Source: Octopus sinensis
Lineage: Eukaryota
Direction: 5' to 3'
Length of the DNA: 32,305 bases
Assembly: GCF_006345805.1 (NCBI RefSeq)
Contig: NW_021829629.1
Location: 1 to 32,305 of the forward strand
Shown: positions 1 through 10,290 of the stretch, one piece after another
Numbering within the stretch: position 1 is the first letter of the stretch
Layout: each line of letters opens with the position of its first letter
Position numbers and translations under genes: made by a program
Notes under the pieces: model-generated
What the model saw: the letters and a program-made list of their open reading frames with translations, nothing else
Databases searched by the model: none
What the model was told of the DNA's origin: nothing

Positions 1-674
1 TTATGTGTTGTGAGGTTAGTGTTGTATATATGTTGTAACGGTTGTGTGTCTAGTTGCATTGTGTTGTATAAGTTGTAAAGTTATGTGTTGTGAGGTTAGT
101 GTTGTATAATATGTTGTAACGTGTTGTGTTGTCTAGTTCTCGTTGTGTTGTATAAGTTGTAAAGTTATGTGTTGTGAGGTTAGTGTTGTATAATTTGTTG
201 TAACGTGTTGTGTTGTCTAGTTCGCGTTGTGTTGTGTAAGTTCTAAAGTTATGTGTTGTGAGGTTAGTGTTGTATAATATGTAACGTGTTGTGTTGTCTA
301 GTTCGCGTTGTGTTGTATAAGTTGTAAAGTTATGTGTTGTGAGGTTAGTGTTGTATAATATGTAACGTGTTGTGTTGTCTAGTTCGCGTTGTGTTGTATA
401 AGTTGTAAAGTTATGTGTTGTGAGGTTAGTGTTGTATAATATGTTGTAACGTGTTGTGTTGTCTAGTTCGCGTTGTGTTGTATAAGTTGTAAAGTTATGT
501 GTTGTGAGGTTAGTGTTGTATAATATGTTGTAACGTGTTGTGTTGTCTAGTTCGCGTTGTGTTGTATAAGTTGTAAAGTTATGTGTTGTGAGGTTAGTGT
601 TGTATAATATGTTGTAACGGGTTGTGTTGTCTAGTTCGCGCTGTGTTATATAAGTTGTAAAGTTATGTGTTGTG
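1..674. repeat. Tandem satellite, 81-84 bp unit, about 8 copies (truncated by window start)
   Basis: Unit ttatgtgttgtgaggttagtgttgtataatatgttgtaacgtgttgtgttgtctagttcgcgttgtgttgtataagttgtaaag restarts at 1, 81, 165, 249, 330, 411, 495, 579 and 663. The + strand is strongly G/T-biased. Confidence 0.95.
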
Positions 675-861
675 ACACATAGTTTTTAACTCATTTGTCT
701 TATATTTCGCGAAATATTTTATTAGTTATACGTAATCGTATTCTACATTCACAAATTTCATGTTTCAGTAGTAGTTGTTGTTGTTGTTGTTAAGCAACAA
801 AACGGGTAAGGGTGATTAGGTGATGGTCTAGGGTTTAGGGGCAGGAGACCCCAGACCTTGG

Positions 862-1615
862 GGCGGAGCTGGGCAGAAACGTTAGCACGCCGGATGAAAT
901 GCTTAGCGGTATTTCGGCTGCCGTTACGTTGTGAGTTCAAATTCCGCCGAGGTTGACTTTGCCTTTCATCCTTTCGGGGTCGATAAATTAAGTACCAGTT
1001 ACGCACTGGGGTCGATGTAATCGACTTAATACCTATGTCTGTCCTTGTTTGTCCCCTCTATGTTTAGCCCCTTGTGGGTAATAAAGAAATAGGTATTTCG
1101 GCTGCCGTTACGTTGTGAGTTCAAATTCCGCCGAGGTTGACTTTGCCTTTCATCCTTTCGGGGTCGATAAATTAAGTACCAGTTACGCACTGGGGTCGAT
1201 GTAATCGACTTAATACCTATGTCTGTCCTTGTTTGTCCCCTCTATGTTTAGCCCCTTGTGGGTAATAAAGAAATAGCTATTTCGGCTGCCGTTACGTTGT
1301 GAGTTCAAATTCCGCCGAGGTTGACTTTGCCTTTCATCCTTTCCGGTCGAAATTAAGTACCAGTTACGCACTGGGGTCGATGTAATCGACTTAATACCTA
1401 TGTCTGTCCTTGTTTGTCTCCTCTATGTTTAGCCCCTTGTGGGTAATAAGGAAATAGGTATTTTGTCCGTCTTTATAGTCTGAGTTCAAATTCCGCCGAC
1501 TTTGCCTGTTATCTTTTCGGGGTCGATAAACTAAGTATCAGTTGAACACCGGGTTCGATGTAATCGACGTATCCCCTCACCCGAAAATGCTGCCTTTGTG
1601 CAAAAATTTGAATCA
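862..1615 (+). mobile_element. tRNA-derived SINE family A, concatemer (head + three ~184-bp units + divergent terminal unit)
   Basis: A-box-like tggcagaaacgttagc and B-box gagttcaaattcc. The central domain gaggtcgactttgcctttcatcctttcggggtcgataaattaagtaccag resembles the Meta/Sauria-type SINE domain (from memory). Units restart at 909, 1093, 1277 and 1458. Confidence 0.9.
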
Positions 1616-1693
1616 ATATGTGATGGTGTGGCAGTAAAAATATGCTTGTATGCATAATTATGTAGCTTCAACAAATATTTATGGTGTGGGTAA

Positions 1694-2095
1694 TCTTTAT
1701 ATATAAAAGTAAGGTTGTGTGTCTGTCTCCTACGATTTAGATTCCTAACTACTCCCACATTTTGCGGTGCAGTTTAACCAAAACCGGGTATCTTATAGTC
1801 GTGATTCATATCGAGCCCTTCCGGGTATTAGCGCGCGTCTACGATGAGTCTACTAGATTAAAAAAAAATTACCATAATTTTTTTTTCCCATTTTAATGCA
1901 TTTTTTTTCGCTATTATATAAGGGAAGTAACTCTCTAAAAATGTCTACGATGCGTCAACGATTTAAAAAAAATTTACCATAATTTTTTTTCCATTTTTAA
2001 TGCATTTTTTGGCTATTTTTTGGCTATAACTCTCTAAAAATGCTTATATAGTTATTTCTCTTACAAACCCGAGCAACGCCGGGCAATACTGCTAG
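1694..2095 (+). mobile_element. Non-autonomous Helitron-like element
   Basis: Begins A|TCTTTATATATAAAAG and ends with hairpin cccg-agcaacgc-cggg (2068-2083) then CTAG|T. Internal ~100-bp tandem duplication (1837-1942 / 1943-2041). Confidence 0.7.
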
Positions 2096-2627
2096 TTCTA
2101 AATATTGCAATAGACTGAGATACAAAGAAGCTCTTCTCTTTATAGAACATAGAAGGAATCAACATTGATTGGTTGACAGCACATTCAAATTACATTTGGT
2201 TAGCCATGCCCGATTGACCTACATCAACAGCGGAAACACATGTCATTGCTGCGATATCGAACGTTCATACTTAACAATTAGGAAAGGAAAGACGCGTGCG
2301 CACATAATCGCACATAGACACACAAATTCAGACTCACACACATGCACACATACACACGTACACACACGTACACACACAAACAAACATATATATTTTGCAT
2401 AAACGTTTCTCCGCAGGACATGCCCTGCGTCAGCTGTCGACTGGAGATAATGACGGTTTCTGCACCTTCCGACAGCACCACTCCTACCAGCAGCGCTGAG
2501 CAGTGTTATTACTAGCAAAGAATGTCCAGTTTCTTTTGGACCCACATCGTAGCACACTTTCCCCCTGTCCATCATGCAATTATTTTATTTTACTGCCTGC
2601 TCATGATTTATGTTTGCTCTTAGCTTT

Positions 2628-3036
2628 TGGCTGTGTGGTAAGTAGCTTGCTAACCAACCACATGGTTCCGGGTTCAGTACCACTGCGTGGGCATCTTGGG
2701 CAAGTGTCTTCTGCTATACCCCGGGCCGACCAATGCCTTGTGAGTGGATTTGGTAGACGGAAACTGAAAGAAGCCTGTCGTATATATGTATATATATATA
2801 TGTATGTGTGTGTGTTTGTGTGTCTGTGTTTGTCCCTCTAGCATTGCTTGACACCGATGCTGGTGTTTTTACGTCCCCGTCACTTAGCGGTTCGGCAAAA
2901 AGAGACCGATAGAATAAGTACTGGGCTTACAAAAAGAATAAGTCCCGGGGACGAGTTGCTCGACTAAAGGCGATGCTCCAGCATGGCCGCAGTCAAATGA
3001 CTGAAACAAGTAATAGAGTAAAAGAGTAAAAGAGTA
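2628..3036 (+). mobile_element. tRNA-derived SINE family B (CORE-like central segment, internal microsatellite)
   Basis: tggctgtgtggtaag A box, ggttccgggttcag B box, cttgggcaagtgtcttct segment and (agtaaaag)n tail. Same family at 18677, 24851, 28848 and 31521. Confidence 0.9.
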
Positions 3037-3139
3037 ATATAAGTTCAGCAACAATTTAGATTCAAATGAATATGGCACTTAATTTAGATGCACCAGAATT
3101 TTTTATGGTATTACCCATAAAAATATGTGGGGTGATTAT

Positions 3140-3301
3140 AATCAAAAATAAGCAACAAGAATGAATCCGGTAATTTAGTACAATTGTTTCATACTACAAC
3201 ATTTTATTAAAAGCTGTAATATTTACAGCTTTTAATAAAATGTTGTAGTATGAAACAATTGTACTAAATTACCGGATTCATTTTTGTTGCTTATTTTTGA
3301 T

Positions 3302-3302
<1 letters not shown>
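3140..3302. repeat. Near-perfect fold-back palindrome, 80-bp arms, 3-nt loop
   Basis: 3140-3219 is the reverse complement of 3223-3302 with one mismatch. It abuts a (TG)/(TA)n tract. Confidence 0.95.
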
Positions 3303-3344
<42 letters not shown>

Positions 3345-3350
<6 letters not shown>

Positions 3351-3558
3351 GTATTATAGTAGAAGGAATAGCTAAGGTTCTTTGGCTGCTCTTTCTAAAC
3401 TTCGGTATGTGGTAAAGCAAAAAATTGCTGAACCCTAATTATGATTATACTCGTAATTATAAAATATTGTTTAAGTTTACCGAAAAATGGTCCTTTTTCA
3501 TGCCGAATTCTACTTGGTGGAATTATTAATTACTAGTTAATTAATTAATTTTACCCTT

Positions 3559-3560
<2 letters not shown>
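3345..3560 (-). repeat. Dispersed AT-rich repeat related to 30520-30700
   Basis: The reverse complement shares agggtaaaattaat...ccaccaagta...ggaccattt with 30526-30585. Confidence 0.55.
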
Positions 3561-3601
<41 letters not shown>

Positions 3602-3643
3602 TACATTCAGAACTAAAACTTAAGTACAAACTGTAAAACCTCC

Positions 3644-3682
3644 AATATTTGATAAGATAGATATATCGAAAGCGGTAATATT
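3644..3682 (+). ncRNA. Minimal type-I hammerhead ribozyme-like motif, U3-A8 variant, stem III degraded
   Basis: aatat|TTGATAA|gata-gata-tatc|GAAA|gcgg|TA|atatt: 5-bp stem I, 4-bp stem II, GUA triplet. Confidence 0.55.
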
Positions 3683-3792
3683 TTATTAAACATTCTCTAA
3701 AATGTACTTCGGTACTTTTTCAACTTTTTTTACTTTTTTAAAATATAATTTTCGATAGGTATGGACTCCTAACCACTTTTCATCTCCCCCCT

Positions 3793-3842
<50 letters not shown>

Positions 3843-3937
3843 CTATATATATATATATATATATATATACCGGAGTAAACCAAATGTGAAACAAGGTGGA
3901 AAAAAAGAGTACTCAATACCAGTGGTAGAGTAATACG

Positions 3938-4086
3938 CTTTATTTAAAGCAGCTGAAAATTCTACAAAACCTGTTACTCTGAGTTTCACGTTGCCGTTCA
4001 TCGGACAGTTTTTAAAACTGTCCGATGAACGGCAACGTAAAACTCAAGTAACAGTTTTGTAGAATTTTCTGCTGCTTTAAATAAAG
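3938..4086. repeat. Fold-back palindrome (~75-bp arms, 1-nt spacer) containing two inverted hammerhead-like motifs
   Basis: 3938-4012 pairs with 4014-4086 with a few indels and mismatches. (TA)n lies immediately to the right, and 70 bp to the left. Confidence 0.9.
3971..4008 (-). ncRNA. Minimal type-I hammerhead ribozyme-like motif (U4C core)
   Basis: Minus strand reads ctgt|CCGATGA|acg-gcaa-cgt|GAAA|ctc-a-gag|TA|acag. The mirror copy at 4018-4054 has G12>A and a stem III deletion. Confidence 0.7.
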
Positions 4087-4159
4087 TATATATATATATA
4101 TATATATATAACTCTGTATATCCTTATTTTTGAAATTGAAAATATTAATAGCAGACCCT

Positions 4160-4610
4160 CAGCTTACTCAAGAAATGAAGAGGCATGCTGTTATTGAGGT
4201 TATTAAAGGCTGAGCTTAGTGATTTAGAAATATCTCGATTTTTAAAAGTTGCCTGATCTTTCGTGTACAAAGTTTGTAAGGAGCTAGAGACTGAAGATGG
4301 AAACGTATCACCAGTAACAAAGCATAAAAAGCATTCTAAACAATCTGAAACCATCAGAACACCTGAATTTATCCAAAAGAAAGCTCATGAGGTCAATTGC
4401 CAGAGATCTGCATGTGTGAGAAGAAACAGTCAGAAATGTTGACCACGAAGACATCAGATAATGTTTTATATGTCGAGGAAAGATCAGTTGTCAGAAAAAG
4501 CTAAAGAAAATCACTACATCAGATCTAAAATGCTACTAAACAAACTGAAAAATCCAGCAGACGATTTGATTAGGTTTTTGTCAAACGAGAATGTGACGGT
4601 GTGTCAATGT
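4160..4610 (+). pseudogene. Decayed Tc1/mariner-superfamily transposase, N-terminal part
   Basis: Frameshifted translation PQLTQEMKRHAVI..LKAELSDLEISRFLKVA*SFVYKVCKEL..KHKKHSKQSETIRTPEFIQ..ETVRNVDHEDIR..SEKAKENHYIRSKMLLNKLKNP..IRFLSNEN. This matches the HTH region up to the FSDEK motif of Tc1/mariner transposases, with D mutated. Confidence 0.75.
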
Positions 4611-4987
4611 TTGTCAACTATTTCAGAGACTGCGTTGGTGTGTCAATGTCCATGAACTAGTTCAAAGGGTGTAATGGATCGTCAGTATAAAATATATGTA
4701 ACAGTTCAGAAACTTTTCAAAGATTCGAAGCTATGGTGCTCTGCTTTTACTCAGTTCAGAGTTCAGAATATGTGACGGAGGGAGAGAAGCAGATGCAAAG
4801 CAATGATATGAACCAATAATTAAATATTTAATTGTTAATGGAGTGATAAGGAAGATATTATCAACCCTGTTACAAACAGGAAATTTATTTGTTTACCCTA
4901 TACAGCTGACGTGCATAGTATTATCACTAACAATAACGCGACATAGCTAAAAAGCAGGAAGCTATTTTGTCCGGCACATTACTCTTC

Positions 4988-5431
4988 TGGCAGAATCGTT
5001 AGCACGCCGGGCGAAATGCGTAGCCGTATTTCGTCTGCCGTTACGATCTGAGTTCAAATTCCGCCGAGGTCGACTTTGCCTTTCATCCTTTCGGGATCGA
5101 TTAAATAAGTACCAGTTACGCACTGGGATCAATATAGCCGACTTAATCCGTTTGTCTGTCCTTGTTTGCCCCCTCTATGTTTAGCCCCTTGTGGGCAATA
5201 AAGAAACAAGAATCGTTAGCACGCCGGGCGAAATGCGTAGGCGTATTTCGTCTGCCGTTACGATCTGAGTTCAAATTCCGCCGAGGTCGACTTTGCCTTT
5301 CATCCTTTCAGGGTCGATAAATTAAGTACCAGTTGCGTACTGGGGTCGATCTAAACATCTCCCCCACCTACCAAAAAAAATAAATAAATAAAAACAAAAA
5401 AATTTCGGGCCTTGTGCCTTGAGTAGAAAGT
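4988..5431 (+). mobile_element. SINE family A dimer (long-tail unit followed by short-tail unit)
   Basis: Two copies of gaatcgttagcacgccgggcgaaatgcgtag...gagttcaaattccgccgagg. The second ends in aatttcgggccttgtgcc. Confidence 0.9.
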
Positions 5432-5718
5432 ATCTGTAATATCAGTACCAGCTATATATGACGAGGTATTTCGTAATTTGCTTTACGGCTATGAACCTCA
5501 CAAGCTCAAAGCTCAATCCACGTCTCTAATCATCCAGTAGAACATTCATGCTATTTAAAGGTCGGTTTTCATTAGAGAAGTTTAATTAAGGAAAATAATT
5601 ATCTCCAATTCTAACTATTTGTAAATTGTTAAACAAACGGAAAATATTGAAACAAGAAATTACTCGAGCTTGTTCTAAATATTTCTTTAATTTGGGATTG
5701 GTGATGTGTGTGAGTGTA

Positions 5719-5722
<4 letters not shown>

Positions 5723-5775
<53 letters not shown>

Positions 5776-5820
5776 CACACGCTTCGTACAAATAAATATG
5801 TATATATATATATATATGTT
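5723..5820. repeat. (TA)n microsatellite
   Basis: Direct reading. Confidence 0.9.
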
Positions 5821-5890
5821 ACATGGAAAAATGCGAGCAAGAGAAATAATATTCATAAGGTTATGAATCTGAAAAAGTACTGGGCAAGTT

Positions 5891-6470
5891 ATTCTTTTCT
5901 ACTCTTGGCACAAGGCCCGAAATTTTGGGGGAGGGAGCCAATCGATTAGATCGACCCCAGTACGCAACTGGTGCTTAATTATATCGACCCCGAGAGGATG
6001 AAAGGCATAGTCGACCTCGGCAGAATTTGAACTCAGAACGTAAAGACAGATGAAATACCTATTTCTTTACTACCCACAAAGGGCTAAACACAGAGGGGAC
6101 AAACAAGGATAAACGGATTAAGTCGATTACATCGACCCCAGTGCGTAACTGGTACTTAATTTATCGACCCCGAAAGGATGAAAAGCAAAGTCGACCACGG
6201 CAGAATTTGAACTCACAACGTAAAGACAGATGAAATACCTATTTCTTTATTACCCACAAGGGGCTAAACATAGAGGAGACAAACATGGACAGACATAGGT
6301 ATTAAGTCGATTATATCGACCCCAGTGCTTAACTGGTACTTAATTTATCGACCCCGAAAGGATGAAAGGCAAAGTCGACCTCGGCGGAATTTGAACTCAC
6401 AACGTAACGGCAGCCGAAATACCGCTAAGCATTTCGCCCGGCGTGCTAACGTTTCTGCCAGCTCGCCGCC
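5891..6470 (-). mobile_element. SINE family A trimer
   Basis: Head ggcggcgagctggcagaaacg at 6470. gaaatacc junction motifs at 6052, 6232 and 6416 (spacing 180 and 184). Confidence 0.9.
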
Positions 6471-6475
6471 TTATA

Positions 6476-7223
6476 CAGGGCAAGTTATTACACTCGGAAA
6501 AATTTAAGACAAGTTATTACATCTGGTAAAGTACAGAACAAGAAAACTTTTACTTAAAATGTTGCAGCTAAGGATAAAATTTCAAATAAAATATTTAGAT
6601 TTAGAAAATATTAGCTTTTATTAAAACAATAAATTTTATTACAAGTTATAGCTTCTATTTTTTATTACTTGTTACTTCTATTAAAAATTTAAAATAACTC
6701 AAAATATTTTTTGCGCTTTAAAAAAAAATAATTTTTAAAATTATTATTTAATAATCAAAAATTTGAAAATAGATTATAAAAAAATAATAGTAGTACATAG
6801 TACAATAAATAGAATAATACAAAAAATAGTTATATATTACAGTAAAATCTACCTATTATAACAATTTCACAGTAAAAATTTGCTTGAGTTATTGTCAATT
6901 CTTCACATTTTTAGTCTTGACCCAATGCCTGGTTTTTTACACTATGAATTTGCCTAACATATATAAAGTTCTGCTTTGCACAAAACTTTAGCTATATTGG
7001 TACTTCTGGCTCTCATTTTGTAAGTATTCTAGTGTGTCAATATTTTAACAAAATGATGGTGCCTTTTTTAATTATGTTACTTTGTAAATTAAAATCAAAT
7101 AATTTTTAATATTCAAATTTTATCCTTAGATGCAATATTTTAAGAAAAAAGTTTCTTGTTCTGTACTTGACCAGATGTAATAACTTGTTCTGAACTTTTC
7201 CAAGTGAAATAACTACCTCGTGA
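6476..7223. mobile_element. MITE with ~105-bp imperfect TIRs, Tc1/mariner-like (TA flank)
   Basis: TA|cagggcaagttattacactcggaaaa...catctggtaaagtacagaacaagaaa...aaggataaaattt is inverted relative to aaattttatcctt...tttcttgttctgtacttgaccagatg...ttttccaagtgaaataact. The interior is very AT-rich. Confidence 0.75.
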
Positions 7224-7977
7224 TAGGAAATGCAAATGAGAGCAGCGCCATCAAACTCCTTCATTTACCAAACGCCGCATGTCACCACATATCAGAGGAA
7301 GTTTCAAGTAACGAAAGTGTAACAAAACTAACGGGGACACACCATCTTGTTCTCAATCTGAAACCAGTTTTAAAAAAGGTGCACATTTAGACCCCTTATC
7401 GTGGAAGCACTCCGTCGGTTACGACGATGAGGGTTCCGGTTGATCCGAATCAACGGAACAGCCTGCTCGTGAAATTAACCTGTAAGTGGCTGAGCACTCC
7501 ACAGACACGTGTACCCTTAACGTAGTTCTCGGGGATATTCAGCGTGACACAGAGAGTGACAAGGCCGGCCCTTTGAAATACAGGTACAACAGAAACAGGA
7601 AGAAAGAGTAGAGTGAGAAAGTTGTGGGGAAAGAGTACAGCAGGGATCAACACATCCCCTGCCGGAGCCTGTGGCTTTAGGTGTTTTTCGCTTCAATAAA
7701 CACTCACAACGCCCGGCTGGGAATCGAAACCGCGATCCTATGACCGCGAGTCCGCTGCCCTAACCACTGGGCCATTGCGCCTCCACCCAAGTGAAATAAC
7801 TACCTCGTGATAGGAAATGCAAATGAGAGCAGCGCCATCAAACTCCTTCATTTACCAAACGCCGCATATCACCACAGATCAGAGGAAGTTTCAAGTAACG
7901 AAAGTGTAACAAAACTAACGGTGACCCACGATCTGGTTCTCAATCTGAAACCAGTTTTAAAAAAGGTGCACGTTTAG
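7200..7977 (+). repeat. 191-bp direct repeat (7200-7390 / 7787-7977) flanking a SINE
   Basis: Both copies run ccaagtgaaataactacctcg...aaaggtgcacRtttag with about 7 substitutions. Confidence 0.9.
7391..7786 (-). mobile_element. tRNA-derived SINE family C (full length)
   Basis: Minus strand head gtggaggcgcaatggcccagtggttagggcagcggactcgcggtcataggatcgcggtttcgattccc (A and B boxes). The tail ...atcaaccggaaccctcatcgtcgtaaccgacggagtgc is shared with 21079-21392. Confidence 0.85.
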
Positions 7978-8138
7978 GCCTGTTATTGTACGATCTGTTC
8001 TTCTCATGGATTTTCCATTTGATGACTAAATCAGTATTATGTTCTTGCAATTGTCGTGATAATGTTAACGCATTTTGCTTCGCTTAAGTATTTGGTTTGC
8101 AAGATTCGTGATACGAATTCGTGCGTTGAAACAAATTA

Positions 8139-8620
8139 TGTTGTGTCTTGGGAAAGTCATTAAGCCAACAATAATAACACGCACAGATTGAATTCTACTT
8201 ATTTATTATTGGTCAATTGGTCAATTGGTTAAATGTTTAACCGACTAACTGATCGATCATTTGTTAAATGTGATGGTCAAACAATCAATCGATTGTTTGT
8301 TCGGTAGTCAAAGTTCTTTTGTCGTTGCCGCGACCTTTTCAGTGACTTCGTGACTTCTTTTCTCGCTCCAAGACCTGTTCTGCGACGGTCTGACGATTGA
8401 TCTTATACCTGTGTGTACGTATGTTTCTATGTGTTTGTAGATGTGTGTTTGTTGAGAAAAGGAGATAAGGGTGAGAATAAACGAAAGATCTGTGTGTGTA
8501 TATGTGCGTGGTTCGATTAGTTACTTAGATTTGTAACCATTTGACTAACAATAATGAAGAAGAATTAAACCAATGCGTGTGTTATTATTATTGGCATAAT
8601 GACGCTCTCAAAACACAACA
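8139..8620. mobile_element. Old MITE-like element with ~47-bp imperfect TIRs
   Basis: tgttgtgtcttgggaaagtcattaagccaacaataataacacgca versus tgcgtgtgttattattattggcataatgacgctctcaaaacacaaca. Confidence 0.55.
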
Positions 8621-8958
8621 AAGTTATCTTTTCACATTGTACACCAAGTAAGATGTACGATTGAAATGTGCTTAAATGTGCCTTTAATTATACCAATATA
8701 GTATCAAGTTTCAATGACGTAGTTTGGATCGGTAGTGTTGATTTCGGCTTCACATATTGTCACCTCTACATTGCATGATGTATATAGTGTGCGTATATTA
8801 TTATGCTTCTCCGTAAGCGCTTAGCCGTGATTAATTTTGTTGGTTTGTGAGTTAATCAATTTATGATTTGGTTACAGCTATATAGATACATACATACATA
8901 CATAACACACACGCACACACACAAACACATACACATATATATATAATACACACACACA

Positions 8959-8992
<34 letters not shown>

Positions 8993-8994
8993 TA

Positions 8995-9284
8995 ATCAAA
9001 ATAAAAACATGATGCAAAGGATTTAGCGGTACATATGTTTCGGGCCTTTGTGAAAAACGGGATGGACGCTTCGATTTTGTGTTGATGCCCCACTCTGTCG
9101 TACGCGACTATGAGGATTTTCATCCCCAACATAAAACTTATAATGTAATACATGTCCTTGAAGTAGTAATTGTACGCGGCTGAAGAAGGCTATAGACACA
9201 CATTATGCATTGTTATAAAACCGTCTAATAAAGGCCCGAAACATATGTACCGCTAAATCCTTTGCATCATGTTTTTATTTTGAT
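8995..9284. mobile_element. Element with perfect 55-bp inverted arms (8995-9049 / 9230-9284) overlapping a hammerhead motif; probable Penelope-like relic
   Basis: The arms are exact reverse complements. The left flank is (CA)/(TA)n. Confidence 0.7.
9176..9253 (+). ncRNA. Type-I hammerhead ribozyme with canonical core and palindromic stem III
   Basis: gcgg|CTGAAGA|a-ggct..tagac...gtcta..ggcc-c|GAAA|catatg|TA|ccgc. Predicted cleavage after GUA at 9249. Confidence 0.75.
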
Positions 9285-9612
9285 AAATATACTCCATCAT
9301 CTACACCACTAAACGGTATATACAGGTGCTTACAATTATCAAGTATTCACCCTGAATTTATATATATATATACACATATCTATATTAGCGAAGCTAGCGG
9401 GGGCGGTAGGGGTGGTTCTCCAGCGCGACACTTGTAAAGGGGCAGCACTTTTAGGATTGCTGTAGGCAATATGCGTTTTTTGTGAAGTCCGGGGGAGGCA
9501 CATGGAAGGGACGTGTGGGGTCCCTGGTGGCACATACTCTAGCTACACTAGTGCATACATACAAGCTACCAAGTAACTAGTTTTCGAGTATTGGCTAATA
9601 ATATATAGGCAC

Positions 9613-10248
9613 ATGTATGTATGTATGTATGTATGTATGTATGTATGTATGTATGTATGTATGTATGCATGTATGTATGTATGTATGTATGTATGTATGT
9701 ATGTATGTATGTATGCATGTATGTATGTATGTATGTATGTATGTATGCATGTATGTATGCATGTATGTATGTATGCATGTATGTATGTATGTATGTATGC
9801 ATGTATGTATGCATGTATGTATGTATGCATGTATGTATGTATGTATGTATGTATGTATGTATGTATGCATGTATGTATGTATGTATGTATGCATGTATGT
9901 ATGCATGTATGTATGTATGCATGTATGTATGTATGTATGTATGCATGCATGCTTGCATGTATGTATGTATCTATGTATGCATGTATGTATGTATGTATGT
10001 ATATATGCATGTATGTATGTATGTATGTATACATGCATGTATGTATGTATGCATGCATGCATGCATGTATGTATGTATGTATGTATGTATATATGTGTGT
10101 ATGTATGTATGTATGTATCTGCCTGTCTGTCTATATGTGTGTGTATATATATGTGTGTATATGTGTATGTATATATATATATATATATATAAAATATATA
10201 TATATCTCGACATATAAATACATATACGTGTATGTTTTAAATTAACCC

Positions 10249-10282
<34 letters not shown>

Positions 10283-10290
10283 ATATATAT
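9613..10290. repeat. (ATGT)n with ATGC variants grading into (TA)n
   Basis: Direct reading. Source of the MYVC/HTYI ORFs. Confidence 0.95.

Noticed and set aside
909-1460. Retrozyme interpretation of the 184-bp SINE arrays
   Set aside because: I could not find a hammerhead core on either strand of the unit. The Pol III B box and SINE central domain explain it better.
7700-7786. tRNA genes at SINE heads (also 11835, 16124, 24851, 28440)
   Set aside because: A and B boxes are present but they continue into SINE bodies and do not form a complete cloverleaf.
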